Assembly: GCA_035637495.1 (NCBI GenBank)
Contig: DASPXA010000053.1
Location: 694 to 64,693 of the forward strand
Source of the DNA: Verrucomicrobiia bacterium
GTDB taxonomy: Bacteria > Chloroflexota > Dormibacteria > Dormibacterales > Dormibacteraceae
Direction of reading: 5' to 3'
Length of the DNA: 64,000 bases
Shown: piece by piece, positions 43,137 through 52,624 of the stretch
Layout: each line of letters begins with the position of its first letter
How positions within the stretch are numbered: position 1 is the stretch's first letter
The notes under the pieces: model-generated
What the model was told of the DNA's origin: nothing
Seen by the model: the letters and a program-made list of their open reading frames with translations, nothing else
The model's database searches: none
Program-made: the position numbers and the translations under genes

Positions 43137-44219
43137 TCAATCCCACCAGAAGTGCCACCACCGGCTCTGCGCAAGCTCGCGAGCATACGCGGAGATCGTG
43201 CCCACGCCTTGCCAGATGTTGTCCGGGCAGAACGCGCAGTGCTCCGCCGCGAGGACCGTGGCCGCCTGCTCGTCCCGTGGTGGGTTGCCCACCGTCAGTG
43301 TGAGTGTGTCGAATCCGATCTCGACCACAAACGCGTTCCAGCGCACCTCCCATGAGCGCAGCACGGCTGACAGCAGCGCAGGATCTTCGAGGTGATTCAC
43401 CATTCCGGTCCAGCCTATTGCGGCGATCGTGTCGGCGGGCCGCCCGGCCGCGACCAGGCCGACGCGGCGATCGCGGATTCGCTCGAGCAACTCAGCGTCA
43501 TCGCTCACCTGTTCCCAGCTCGCTTGCGGGGCGGCTAGGCCGGGGAACGTCTTGCCGAGTGGGCTGACCGACGCCATCAGCTCTTCGTCGTCGTCTTCGA
43601 AGTTTCCGCTCCACGCATTGGCGAGCTCCGCGGCAACATCGATCAGGCCCGCTCTGCGGGGATCGGTAGGGCAGAACTCACGACTGTCCCACGGCCGTTC
43701 CGGCGCGCCGTCCATTCCTACGAGCAGCACCGGCACCAGATTCCGCGCCGCTGCCGGCTGGCGCAGTTGGAACAGCGAGCGTCCAGCGTCCTTGACGCGG
43801 TCATTGGTCGCCCACAGAACGGGTTTGTCGATTGGACTGACACCCGATGGGGCAAACTCAGGGTTGCCGCCCAACCAGCGCCCCATTGGGAGCTTGACGT
43901 CTCCGAGTCGCACCGGCCCATCGCCCGGCAGTTGGGGGATCTCATAGGGCGGGAGCATGGGCGCTGTACGGAACCCGCGCTCGTCCTCGACTCTCGGTCC
44001 AGTGCCGGCTACCTCCTGGTAGCCCTCGCGCAGCTTTTCAGCTATCAGCTTCCTAACGCGCTCGGACGCGTCATCCCAGGTACCTAAGTCCTTTGTCTGC
44101 GTCTGGCCGTCGGTGCCGATGCGGCCGAAGCGAACCGTTACCTGCGGTCCGCTCTGGCTGATCTCCCAGAACTTGCTGGAGGTGCCACCCACGAACTCGA
44201 AACGCCGCATACGCGGCAT
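43137..44219 (-). CDS. WGR-domain protein with C-terminal DUF4253-like domain
   Basis: MRRFEFVGGTSSKFWEISQSGPQVTVRFGRIGTDGQTQTKDLGTWDDASERVRKLIAEKLREGY, a WGR domain. Confidence 0.7.
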   Translation of the reverse strand: MPRMRRFEFVGGTSSKFWEISQSGPQVTVRFGRIGTDGQTQTKDLGTWDDASERVRKLIAEKLREGYQEVAGTGPRVEDERGFRTAPMLPPYEIPQLPGDGPVRLGDVKLPMGRWLGGNPEFAPSGVSPIDKPVLWATNDRVKDAGRSLFQLRQPAAARNLVPVLLVGMDGAPERPWDSREFCPTDPRRAGLIDVAAELANAWSGNFEDDDEELMASVSPLGKTFPGLAAPQASWEQVSDDAELLERIRDRRVGLVAAGRPADTIAAIGWTGMVNHLEDPALLSAVLRSWEVRWNAFVVEIGFDTLTLTVGNPPRDEQAATVLAAEHCAFCPDNIWQGVGTISAYARELAQSRWWHFWWD

Positions 44220-44258
44220 CGTATCGGGCCCGAGATACGTTTCAGCCGAACACGCACG

Positions 44259-44855
44259 TCAAGACAGGACCGCCGCGGACTGACGCCGCACGAGTGATTT
44301 GACGCTGAGCACGATCACGAACGCAACGAAAGCTAGAGGTGCCACGACGTCCAGGGCCGTGAATCCAAGGGGGCTCCCCAATGCGCGCACGGTGCATGCC
44401 GCAGCGACCACGTAAGCCGCGACGCGCAGCCACACCGGCTGCGTCATGGTCGCCGCTGCGACGAAGACGGCGATCGCAATGAAGAGAGCGGAGTCGGCGA
44501 TGTCCTCGGCAACGGTGAGCATGTGCGCGGTGTCCGCCCGAGGATTGCTAGCCTCCATCACGAGAGGAATCACGTTCGTCGCCAGCTCGGTGACAGCGAA
44601 CAGCCAGAGCGCCGGTCGCAACCATCGACTCGGGCGAAGCGAGAGCGCGAAAGCGATGAAAGCGCCCAGCGCCGCAACACCCACGATCTGCTGAAGCACG
44701 ATCAGCTCGCCATGAGCGATGTAGAAGGCCGCGATCCGCTCCCCGCTCTGGGCCGAGGTCGGTAAGGACACCATGGCAGCGCTGACCAGAAGCAGGACGG
44801 CGAAAGCGATTCCCCACCCAGCGACGGCGCCCGGTGTCCCGATCAGATGCCTCAA
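44259..44855 (-). CDS. hypothetical integral membrane protein
   Basis: 198 aa, ~5 predicted TM helices. 4-nt overlap with the upstream sensor gene. Confidence 0.55.
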   Translation of the reverse strand: MRHLIGTPGAVAGWGIAFAVLLLVSAAMVSLPTSAQSGERIAAFYIAHGELIVLQQIVGVAALGAFIAFALSLRPSRWLRPALWLFAVTELATNVIPLVMEASNPRADTAHMLTVAEDIADSALFIAIAVFVAAATMTQPVWLRVAAYVVAAACTVRALGSPLGFTALDVVAPLAFVAFVIVLSVKSLVRRQSAAVLS

Positions 44856-46246
44856 CTGACGAGGAAGTCCGAAGGGTGGCGCTCCCGCCCGAGCGACAGG
44901 CCGATCGCGACCGTGTCGGCCGCCCGCTGGAGGCGCTCCTTTTCACGCTCGGTGTAAGGCGCTCCGTGGCGCCGAGCGGTGAGCGCGATCTTGCCCAGCT
45001 CCTGGTCTCCCGCGCGCAGAGGAACGACCAGCTCAGCGTCGCCCGTCCAGTCGCCCGCGGTGTAGCTCGGCGCGCCGTCGGCGGCGCCGTCGAGGAACAC
45101 GGCAGCACCGGTGGCGCCGGCGCCCTCCTGGGCCGTGCGCACCAGGCGCTCCGCGAGGCGAGGGCCATAGATCACGTCGACAACCGCGCCGACGTCGGTC
45201 TCCAGTGACGTGAGCACCTTCTCCAGGCCCTTCGCGTCCTTGAACCTTGTGTCGACAAGCCGCTGCAGCGCGTTGCGCGCAGGCGTGAAGAGTGTGGCGA
45301 TGAGCGCGACGGTGATGACGATCGCGGCGTCCGACGACTGGCCCGTCGATGCGACGAACACCTTTTGCAGGGTCGCGGTGAATCCCGCATAGATGCCGGC
45401 CACGATCGCGGTGAGTGCTACGTAGACGATCGCCCTGTTGATGATGAAGTCGATCTCGTACAGGCCGTACCTGAGGATTGAGGCCCCCGCTGCAATCGGG
45501 ATCAACAGGTAGGCGAGTATGAAGACGAGGAACTCGACCGGCCTGATCAGGGTGGGGTTCCAGGCGTTGATCGCGATATCGCCGACGAACCCCAGCACGA
45601 CGAGCGTCGCCGCCGCGGTCATCCACTTGAGCTGCTGGCGCAGGATGCTGCCCGCCCGCCTCCAGCGGAGCGCGAGGGCGGCCAGGCCGGCAATCGCTGA
45701 GCCCACTGTCAGGAAGACTCCCGCGGTGTCGAGGCCGTCCGCGATGGGGTCTTTGCCAGACGGGTCCATGGTGTCACCGACCAGCCGCAGCACGAGCCCG
45801 AGCACGGCAGCCGCGGCGGCCGGCCACCAGCGGCGAGACAGCAGCCGGCCGTCGGGGAACAGCAGCAGGCCCAGCGTCAGTGGGAGAAAGACTCCGGTCT
45901 GGAGCAGGACGTAGGCGACCTGGCTCACGGTCTGCCCAGCAGGTAGGTGCCAACCCGGCGCGTCCGAAAGCTCCCCATACCCCACAAACACGAGCGATGC
46001 TCCGGTCAGCAGGCCAGACAGCGTGAAAGTCCAACCGATTGCGTGACGAGGATGGCGAGACAGGATCAGGGCGCCGACGCAGGAGAACGCGACCGCTCCG
46101 ACAAAGGACCCGACGACGCTCCAGGCGTCCTGCGGCGAGAGTGGAGTCCGCAGGGGCCGCGTAAGCATCCAGGTGCTGAGCGGTATGAAGACGAGGGTCA
46201 GCCCGAAGCAGGCCCACGCAATGCTCCGAGCGCGCTGCGCCGTCAT
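44852..46246 (-). CDS. multi-TM membrane sensor with C-terminal GAF-like domain and no recognisable output domain
   Basis: Start MTAQRARSIAWACFGLTLVFIPLSTW... ~8 TM helices, then ...AGATGAAVFLDGAADG...VVPLRAGDQELGKIALTAR... (GAF-like). Confidence 0.6.
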   Translation of the reverse strand: MTAQRARSIAWACFGLTLVFIPLSTWMLTRPLRTPLSPQDAWSVVGSFVGAVAFSCVGALILSRHPRHAIGWTFTLSGLLTGASLVFVGYGELSDAPGWHLPAGQTVSQVAYVLLQTGVFLPLTLGLLLFPDGRLLSRRWWPAAAAAVLGLVLRLVGDTMDPSGKDPIADGLDTAGVFLTVGSAIAGLAALALRWRRAGSILRQQLKWMTAAATLVVLGFVGDIAINAWNPTLIRPVEFLVFILAYLLIPIAAGASILRYGLYEIDFIINRAIVYVALTAIVAGIYAGFTATLQKVFVASTGQSSDAAIVITVALIATLFTPARNALQRLVDTRFKDAKGLEKVLTSLETDVGAVVDVIYGPRLAERLVRTAQEGAGATGAAVFLDGAADGAPSYTAGDWTGDAELVVPLRAGDQELGKIALTARRHGAPYTEREKERLQRAADTVAIGLSLGRERHPSDFLVS

Positions 46247-47088
46247 GGCGTGGTGTAGGCGGGTGCCGCGTCCGGCGCCACCTCGGTGCTCGGGTAGCCG
46301 AGCCGGCCGCGGGTGGCGACGATCACGACCAGCGCGATGACCACGAGCATGGCGACCGGGGCCACCTCGTTGTCTTTGGCCGCCGGAAAGATCTGCGCGG
46401 TAAGGCCCTGGGAGAAGTTCAAGCTCGCGTGCAGCAGGACGGCCATCAGCACGCTGCCTCCGGTCCGGTTGTAAACCCACGTGATCAGCACCGAGAACGT
46501 CACGGCGACGGTGGCGAAGACGGCGACGCCGCCGAGGCTGAAGCCGCCATTGACGCTCTCCCAGTCGGGGCGGAAGTAGTTCGGCAGGTGCCACGCGGCC
46601 CACATGAGACCGACGATCACAGTGCCCACGAGCGGACCCCGGCCGCGTTGCAGGCGTGGAAGCGCGAAGCCTCGCCAGCCCGGCTCCTCCGTGAGCGGCC
46701 CGCCCGTGATGCCGAGAAACACATAAAGCACCGGGAGCAGCGCCAGGTCACTGAACGAAAACGGTGTATAGGAGCCTACGGCGCCTGGAACGAGGGCCAT
46801 GCTGGAGATGTACGCGAGCGGGAGCCCGACCAGCGCAATCGCGTACCAGACGATCCCGACCCGCCATTTGATGACCTGTTTCAGCAAAGCCGCGACCCCG
46901 GCACGCCCCGCCACGACCCCGGTCACGACCAACGCGCCGATCGTCGGACCTAGATCGCCCGGCGTGGTCCGGACAGGGTTGTCGGGGATGGGAAACGCGA
47001 TCAAGAAGACGATCACGTACGTCCACGTCCAGGCGAATGCGACGACGACGTAGAAGATCACTGGATGGCGCCGGACGAGGGAGATCAT
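46243..47088 (-). CDS. CPBP-family intramembrane glutamic endopeptidase (CAAX protease / Abi family)
   Basis: ...EEPGWRGFALPRL..., ...WAAWHLPNY..., ...HASLNF..., CPBP motifs 1-3. Confidence 0.8.
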   Translation of the reverse strand: MISLVRRHPVIFYVVVAFAWTWTYVIVFLIAFPIPDNPVRTTPGDLGPTIGALVVTGVVAGRAGVAALLKQVIKWRVGIVWYAIALVGLPLAYISSMALVPGAVGSYTPFSFSDLALLPVLYVFLGITGGPLTEEPGWRGFALPRLQRGRGPLVGTVIVGLMWAAWHLPNYFRPDWESVNGGFSLGGVAVFATVAVTFSVLITWVYNRTGGSVLMAVLLHASLNFSQGLTAQIFPAAKDNEVAPVAMLVVIALVVIVATRGRLGYPSTEVAPDAAPAYTTP

Positions 47089-47115
47089 GGTGGCGTGGAT
47101 TGTGCCCTGTTCGGG

Positions 47116-48111
47116 CTAAGCCTGCTTGGCCCCGACCGTCAGGCCGACCCGCGGAAAGACTTCCTCGGCGAAACGCTTGATCACGCCGCCCTCTGCGGCG
47201 TTCGGCAGGTTGACGATGAAGTAGTCGATACCGAGATCGGCGTACCCGCGGATGATCCCCGCGAGTCGGTCAGCATCGCCGGTCCACTCCTGCCACGAGC
47301 GGACGAAAGCCTCGTCGCGGCCGGTCCGGCGGGCGGCGTCACTGACGATTCGATTCACCTCGCGCTTGTCACCGAGGATCGCGTAGAACTCGAACGTCTT
47401 CAAGACCGAGTCGTAGTCACGGCCGACGCTCTCGCAGTGCTCGCGCAGGACCTCCAGCTTGTGGCGGACGGTGTCGAGGTCGGCGCGAAGGTTGCACGCG
47501 TCGCCGTACTGAGCGACGAGCTTGAGGGTGACCTTCTCGCCGGCCCCGCCGATCCACAGCGGCGGGTGCGGTTTCTGCACGGGCTTTGGCTCGTTGATCG
47601 CGCCACGAATCCGGTAGTAGCTGCCTTCGAAAGTCGCCTCGTCCTGGGTCCACATCGCCTTGATGACCTGCAGCGATTCGCGCAGCATGCGCAGGCGCTC
47701 GGGCGTCTCCGGGTAGTCGTAGCCGTATGCCCGGTACTCGTGCTCATACCAGCCGGCGCCGATGCCCAGGATCAACCGGCCGTGGCTCATCACGTCGATG
47801 CCGCTGGCCATCTTGGCCAGCAACGATGGCGGCCGGTAGCTGTTGCAGGTCACCATCTGGCCCAGCCGGATCGTGCTCGTGTCCCGCGCCAGCGCGGCCA
47901 TCGAGGTCCAGCACTCGAAAACCGCTTCGAGGTGCGGGTCCGGCACGGTGTGGAAGTGGTCGTAGAGGAAGACGCCGTCGAACCCCGCGCTCTCCGCCTC
48001 GAGCGCGCAGCGGCTCATCGTCTCGTACTTCTCCACCGGGTCGGGGACGTCGACTAAGTCCATGCGCCAGCCCTGGGGCAGGAAGACGCCGAACCTCACT
48101 CCACCCGCCAC
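47116..48111 (-). CDS. LLM-class F420-dependent oxidoreductase
   Basis: 331 aa, luciferase-like TIM barrel (...GIGAGWYEHEY..., ...HPPLWIGGAGEK...). Confidence 0.85.
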   Translation of the reverse strand: MAGGVRFGVFLPQGWRMDLVDVPDPVEKYETMSRCALEAESAGFDGVFLYDHFHTVPDPHLEAVFECWTSMAALARDTSTIRLGQMVTCNSYRPPSLLAKMASGIDVMSHGRLILGIGAGWYEHEYRAYGYDYPETPERLRMLRESLQVIKAMWTQDEATFEGSYYRIRGAINEPKPVQKPHPPLWIGGAGEKVTLKLVAQYGDACNLRADLDTVRHKLEVLREHCESVGRDYDSVLKTFEFYAILGDKREVNRIVSDAARRTGRDEAFVRSWQEWTGDADRLAGIIRGYADLGIDYFIVNLPNAAEGGVIKRFAEEVFPRVGLTVGAKQA

Positions 48112-48130
48112 GCCCTAATTGTCAGCCGGT

Positions 48131-48415
48131 TCAGGAAGCCGGCGTGTCGGTAGGCGCTGCAGGAGCGTCTTTTGGTTCCGGGGGCGCCCACTGTGGCGGC
48201 GCCATCGGGACGATCGGCTGGCTCGCGCGGAGCACCTCGTGCGGGGCGCTGACCACCTCGGTCGCCGGCTCGCCGTTGGTCGACAGCGGCGCCGGAGGAG
48301 ACGAGGCCTGAGTCTCGACTCTGGCAGCCACGACCGCCTTGCCCCGCCGGACCCCGAGTGCGATCCACACTCCGAACGCGAGCAGGATCAATCCCCAGCT
48401 GGACGCGGCCGCCAC
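48131..48415 (-). CDS. candidate small membrane protein with Pro/Ala-rich tail
   Basis: MAAASSWGLILLAFGVWIALGVRRGK... 15 nt downstream of the protease gene. Weak. Confidence 0.25.
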   Translation of the reverse strand: MAAASSWGLILLAFGVWIALGVRRGKAVVAARVETQASSPPAPLSTNGEPATEVVSAPHEVLRASQPIVPMAPPQWAPPEPKDAPAAPTDTPAS

Positions 48416-48429
48416 CGGCCCGTACTGGG

Positions 48430-49752
48430 TCAGGTCCGGCGGCGTCCGGTCGTTGCCCCCGGGATCTGGCTCTGGGTCGAGGTGATGTCATCACCGATGT
48501 AGGCGTCAAAGGACGTGCGTGACTGGATCTGCTGCAGCAGGCGAAGCTCCGTCCGGTAGCGCTGGGCGTCGCCTTCGGCCAGCGCGTGGTAGTAGATGCC
48601 GGTCAGGCTCTTTGGGTCCGCGACTGTCTTGACCGAGGCCTTGGCGAGGTCCTCGCGGATGTAATCGGACGGCACGAAGTAGCCCTGACCCGGGAGCTGC
48701 CGGCCCTGGTCGTCTACCGCCGCGAAGCTCACAATGCCGAGCACCCTGCCCTGCGCATCCAGCACCGGGCCCCCGCTGTCGCCGTGTGTGAACACCGCGT
48801 CCGTGCCCCATGCCGTCCAGCCGGTCTTCTGCTGTTTGTCTCGCAGCACGAGGCCGGAGGTCATGGCGGGGGGCACGACCTGGTTGCTCGGCACCGCCTC
48901 CTGGAGGTAGCCCTGCCGGGGATAACCGATTGCGTGTGTGACCTGCCCGAGCTTCGGCTGCCCCGCCGCGAGCTGCAGCGCGTGCACACCGCTCACTTCG
49001 GCCTTCATGATCGCGATGTCCCGTCCGGTCGAAGTCGGGTCGATGCTCACCACCGACCCACGGGCGCCGGTGCCGACCAGCCGGTCGCCGGCCTCGACCG
49101 TGCCCGAGCCCAGGTAGTACTTGACGTCCACCTTGGCCACGGCCAGGTAGCGCTCGACCCAGCGCAGGGCGAAGTCGACGAGCGTCGTGACCTGAGCGTC
49201 AGAGATCGAGACGTCGGCCCAATCCCGCTTGATGATGTCGCGCATCTCGCCGGCGTAGCGCGTGTCTTTGGTTTCCTTGATGACCTGCGCACGGATGTCG
49301 ACCGGGTCGGCGGACACCACGTGAGCCGCCGTCACCAGGTAGCCGTCCTCGGTGACGAAAAAGCCCGAACCGGTAGAGATCATGTCGAAGCTGTCCGGCA
49401 TCGGGGCGCCTACGGAGTAGTAGGCGTCTGGGTTGGCGAGGACAAGCTGGTTTGCAGCCTGGCGGTAGGCGGCGGTGGTCGTGATCTCGCCCGAGTCGAT
49501 GCGAGGCAGGAGCTGCTTTTCGATCGACTTCTCAGTGGCGTCGGTGACCACGAACGCCGGCACAGTGATGGAGACGTGATAGCTCGACTGGACCAGCACG
49601 ATGGCCGGCCGCGACGCCGTCTCGACCCTGGACGCGGTGGGTGGCCTTGGCGCCGGCTCCCGCGTGATCACGATCCCCGCCAGCAGGGCCGCGTTGCCGG
49701 CCACGGCCAGTCCCAGGAGCGCGGCGACCGCAATCCGCAGCACCTGACGCAT
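48430..49752 (-). CDS. trypsin-like serine protease (S1 family, secreted)
   Basis: Start MRQVLRIAVAALLGLAVAGNAALLAG..., a signal peptide. ...TAAHVV..., ...GDSGGPVLD..., a catalytic triad context. Confidence 0.8.
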   Translation of the reverse strand: MRQVLRIAVAALLGLAVAGNAALLAGIVITREPAPRPPTASRVETASRPAIVLVQSSYHVSITVPAFVVTDATEKSIEKQLLPRIDSGEITTTAAYRQAANQLVLANPDAYYSVGAPMPDSFDMISTGSGFFVTEDGYLVTAAHVVSADPVDIRAQVIKETKDTRYAGEMRDIIKRDWADVSISDAQVTTLVDFALRWVERYLAVAKVDVKYYLGSGTVEAGDRLVGTGARGSVVSIDPTSTGRDIAIMKAEVSGVHALQLAAGQPKLGQVTHAIGYPRQGYLQEAVPSNQVVPPAMTSGLVLRDKQQKTGWTAWGTDAVFTHGDSGGPVLDAQGRVLGIVSFAAVDDQGRQLPGQGYFVPSDYIREDLAKASVKTVADPKSLTGIYYHALAEGDAQRYRTELRLLQQIQSRTSFDAYIGDDITSTQSQIPGATTGRRRT

Positions 49753-49822
49753 TGTGTCCCCTCCCCTGCCGCGCCGCTGAATGAAGGGAGCGCTGGCTCT
49801 GGGGCAAATTGTGGGACCTTCT

Positions 49823-50770
49823 CTAAATCTTTGGGTTAACTGACTCTGTGGGTGGACCTGGCGGAGGTGGCGGCTCCGACGGCGGGCTGGGCCAGGCCAC
49901 CGGTGGCTCGGCCGGAGGCGGCACGGGAGCTGCCGTGGCCGGCGCCACCTCTTGGGCGGCACGCATCCGCGTCCGTATGAGCCCGCGCCAGGTCATGAAC
50001 ATCCCGAGCAGGAACCCGACGGCAACGGCGATGAATCCGGTTGCGACCACCAGGCGCGCGTCTTGAAGCGGAGACACGTTCGCCGCGAGGGCGCCGGAAT
50101 CTACGCCGGTGGTGGCGCTCAGCGTCTGCGCTCGGGTCCACGAGAGCTTCCAGATCGCGGTTTTGTGGTCGAGCGTGAAGAGCGCCCCCGGCGCGGAGGT
50201 GATCACGTGCGGCACGGTCAGCGCGAACGTCACCGTGAAGATCGATTCGAGCTCGTCCTGGGTGAGCATTTGCTGCTCGCCAGGCGTGGGCGACGGGGCG
50301 GGCGAGGGCGCGGTCTTGAACGTGTAGGTGTCGCTCTGGCCCGCGATCGAGTGCGTGGCCGAGGTGAACATCCCGCCGGTGTTGGAAAGGTTCAGGTTCA
50401 CGCCTGAACCCGACGATGAGGCGGATGGGCTGAGCTTCGACGGCTGCGTGAGGAAGCCGAACGCCTCCTTCTCCGTCTTGAACGGGATCGTGATCAGGGC
50501 CCCGGACTCGTCGCCCTCGTTGACCAGCGACACCTTGCTGCCTGGGTACTGGCCCTGCAGCTTCTTGTTCGCCGCAGCGATGTCTGACGGACTGAATCCA
50601 CTGATGGTCGTGCCGCTGCCGCCCTGCATCAGGGACTTCGGGAACAGGAACTTGAGCCCGATGGTCACCGAGCCGTCGCCGTTGAACGTGGCCGACGTGT
50701 CGTATCCGCAGCCGGCGGCGGCGACCATGACGGCCGCGATCAGGAAGGTTCGGGCTACCGTTTTGGGCAC
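49823..50770 (-). CDS. lipoprotein (LppM/DUF3153-like) with C-terminal TM and Pro-rich tail
   Basis: MPKTVARTFLIAAVMVAAAGCGYD, a lipobox. C-terminal ...LVVATGFIAVAVGFLLGMFMTW... then PPAEPP... repeats. Confidence 0.65.
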   Translation of the reverse strand: MPKTVARTFLIAAVMVAAAGCGYDTSATFNGDGSVTIGLKFLFPKSLMQGGSGTTISGFSPSDIAAANKKLQGQYPGSKVSLVNEGDESGALITIPFKTEKEAFGFLTQPSKLSPSASSSGSGVNLNLSNTGGMFTSATHSIAGQSDTYTFKTAPSPAPSPTPGEQQMLTQDELESIFTVTFALTVPHVITSAPGALFTLDHKTAIWKLSWTRAQTLSATTGVDSGALAANVSPLQDARLVVATGFIAVAVGFLLGMFMTWRGLIRTRMRAAQEVAPATAAPVPPPAEPPVAWPSPPSEPPPPPGPPTESVNPKI

Positions 50771-50809
50771 GCCGATATGTTGATTGCGCAGACCGAAATT
50801 CGATCCGGG

Positions 50810-51613
50810 TTAAGCCATTTCTCGAGCGCGAATCGTCGCCAGGAAGGCGGCGATGGCCTGGTTTACCGGTTCGGGATGGGTGAGGCAGCTCACGTGGCCG
50901 GCGCCTTCTACCCGGACCACGCCCCGACAGCCGGCGAGTCGCGAACAGAGGGACTCGGCCAGCGACATGTCGATGGCCACGTCCTCCGCTCCGTGGATGA
51001 CGATGGCAGGCGCCTGGATCTCCCCCAAGCGCTCGGTTATGTCGTCCCTGTCCATCAACGCGCGGTAGATCTGGGTCAGGCCTGCGGGCTCGCGAGCCTT
51101 CCAGACGGCAGTCCAACGCTCCGACTCCGGACGCCGGTTGCCGATGATGATCGCGGCGACCATCTCGAGCAGCTGGTCGCTCGGTCCTGAGCCCACCCAG
51201 ACCTCGTGCATCAGGTCGTACTGGATCGCCTTCTCGGGATCCTCGACCCCGGACTGGGTGTCGATCAAGACGAGGCCGGTGGTCCGCTCCGGATGCTTGA
51301 GCGCGAACCGGAGGGCGATGAATCCGCCCTGGCTCATGCCGCCGACCACTGCGCTCTCGACACCGACGTGGTCCAAAAGCGCCGCGAGATCGTCGGTCAG
51401 ATCCCAGGTGGTGAATGGCTCGGCCGAGGACACCGTGCGGCCGTGGCCCCGCTGATCCCAGGTGATCACGCGATGACTGCCGGCGAACGCGCGAACCTGG
51501 GCCTCGAACATCGTGCCGTCCATCAAAAAGCCGTGGCCAAGAACGAGGGGCAGACCGGCGCCGCTGGTGTCCTCGTAGTAGAGGTGCTGGCCGCGGACGT
51601 CGGCGATCGGCAC
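50810..51613 (-). CDS. alpha/beta hydrolase
   Basis: GTG start. ...VLGHGFLMDG..., ...GMSQGG... nucleophile elbow. Confidence 0.8.
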   Translation of the reverse strand: MPIADVRGQHLYYEDTSGAGLPLVLGHGFLMDGTMFEAQVRAFAGSHRVITWDQRGHGRTVSSAEPFTTWDLTDDLAALLDHVGVESAVVGGMSQGGFIALRFALKHPERTTGLVLIDTQSGVEDPEKAIQYDLMHEVWVGSGPSDQLLEMVAAIIIGNRRPESERWTAVWKAREPAGLTQIYRALMDRDDITERLGEIQAPAIVIHGAEDVAIDMSLAESLCSRLAGCRGVVRVEGAGHVSCLTHPEPVNQAIAAFLATIRAREMA

Positions 51614-51640
51614 GCGGGAAGCCTATACCCTGTCTGCTAT

Positions 51641-52615
51641 ATGGGCCAGCTGGAGGAGCCGACCTTCACCGACGTGCTGGACGCCGCGAAGCAGATCCGG
51701 CCGTACCTCTCACCCACTCCGCTGCGGCGCTATCCGGCGCTGGACCGAATCGTCGGCGCGGAGGTGCACGTCAAGCACGAGAATCACAACCCCACCGGCG
51801 CTTTCAAGGTGAGGGGCGGAGTCAACCTGGTCAGCCGCCTCAGTGAAGACGAACGCGGGCGCGGCGTGATCGCCGCCTCCACTGGAAACCACGGGCAGTC
51901 GGTGGCGTACGCGGCGAGGCTGTTCGGGGTGGGCGCGATCATCTGCGCGCCGGCAGCGGCCAACCCGGTCAAGGTCGAGGCGATGCAGGACCTTGGCGCG
52001 GAGGTGATTCTCGAGGGCGAGCGCTACGACGATTCGCGGCGCAACGCCGAGCGCCTGGCACGCGAGCACGGTTACCGGTACATCCACTCCGGAGACGAGC
52101 CCTTGTTGATCGCCGGCGTGGGCACTCACACACTCGAGCTGCTCCAGGAACAGCCGGCAGTCGACACCGTCATCGTCCCGATCGGCGGCGGCTCTGGCGC
52201 CGCAGGCTCGTGCATCGCCGCCAAGGCGGTCAACCCCGAGATCCGGGTCATCGGCGTGCAGTCGGAGCAGGCGCCGGCGGCTTACCTCAGCTGGAAGGCC
52301 GGCGCCCCAAGGAAATCGCCGAACCGGACTCGCGCCGAGGGGCTGTCCACCGCGGCGCCGTTCGAGCTGCCGCAGCGGATCTTGCGGCGGCTGCTGGACG
52401 ACTTCGTCCTAGTGTCCGACGAGGAGATTGACGCCGCGACGGCGGTGATGATCGAAAAGACCCGCACGCTCGTCGAGGCGGCGGGTGCGGCCGCGCTGGC
52501 GGCTGCGCTCAAGCTGCGCAATGAGCTCAGAGGCAGGAAGGTCGCCCTGATCTGCAGCGGCGGCAACATCAGCCCGGCGCAGCTAAAAACACTCCTCGCC
52601 GCAAGGCCGGATTAG
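51641..52615 (+). CDS. threonine/serine ammonia-lyase (PLP-dependent threonine dehydratase)
   Basis: Start MGQLEEPTFTDVLDAAKQIRPYLSPTPL... ...NPTGAFKVRGG... PLP lysine, ...ASTGNHGQS... Only 27 bp separate it from the divergent hydrolase start. Confidence 0.8.
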   Translation: MGQLEEPTFTDVLDAAKQIRPYLSPTPLRRYPALDRIVGAEVHVKHENHNPTGAFKVRGGVNLVSRLSEDERGRGVIAASTGNHGQSVAYAARLFGVGAIICAPAAANPVKVEAMQDLGAEVILEGERYDDSRRNAERLAREHGYRYIHSGDEPLLIAGVGTHTLELLQEQPAVDTVIVPIGGGSGAAGSCIAAKAVNPEIRVIGVQSEQAPAAYLSWKAGAPRKSPNRTRAEGLSTAAPFELPQRILRRLLDDFVLVSDEEIDAATAVMIEKTRTLVEAAGAAALAAALKLRNELRGRKVALICSGGNISPAQLKTLLAARPD

Positions 52616-52624
52616 CGACTACAT

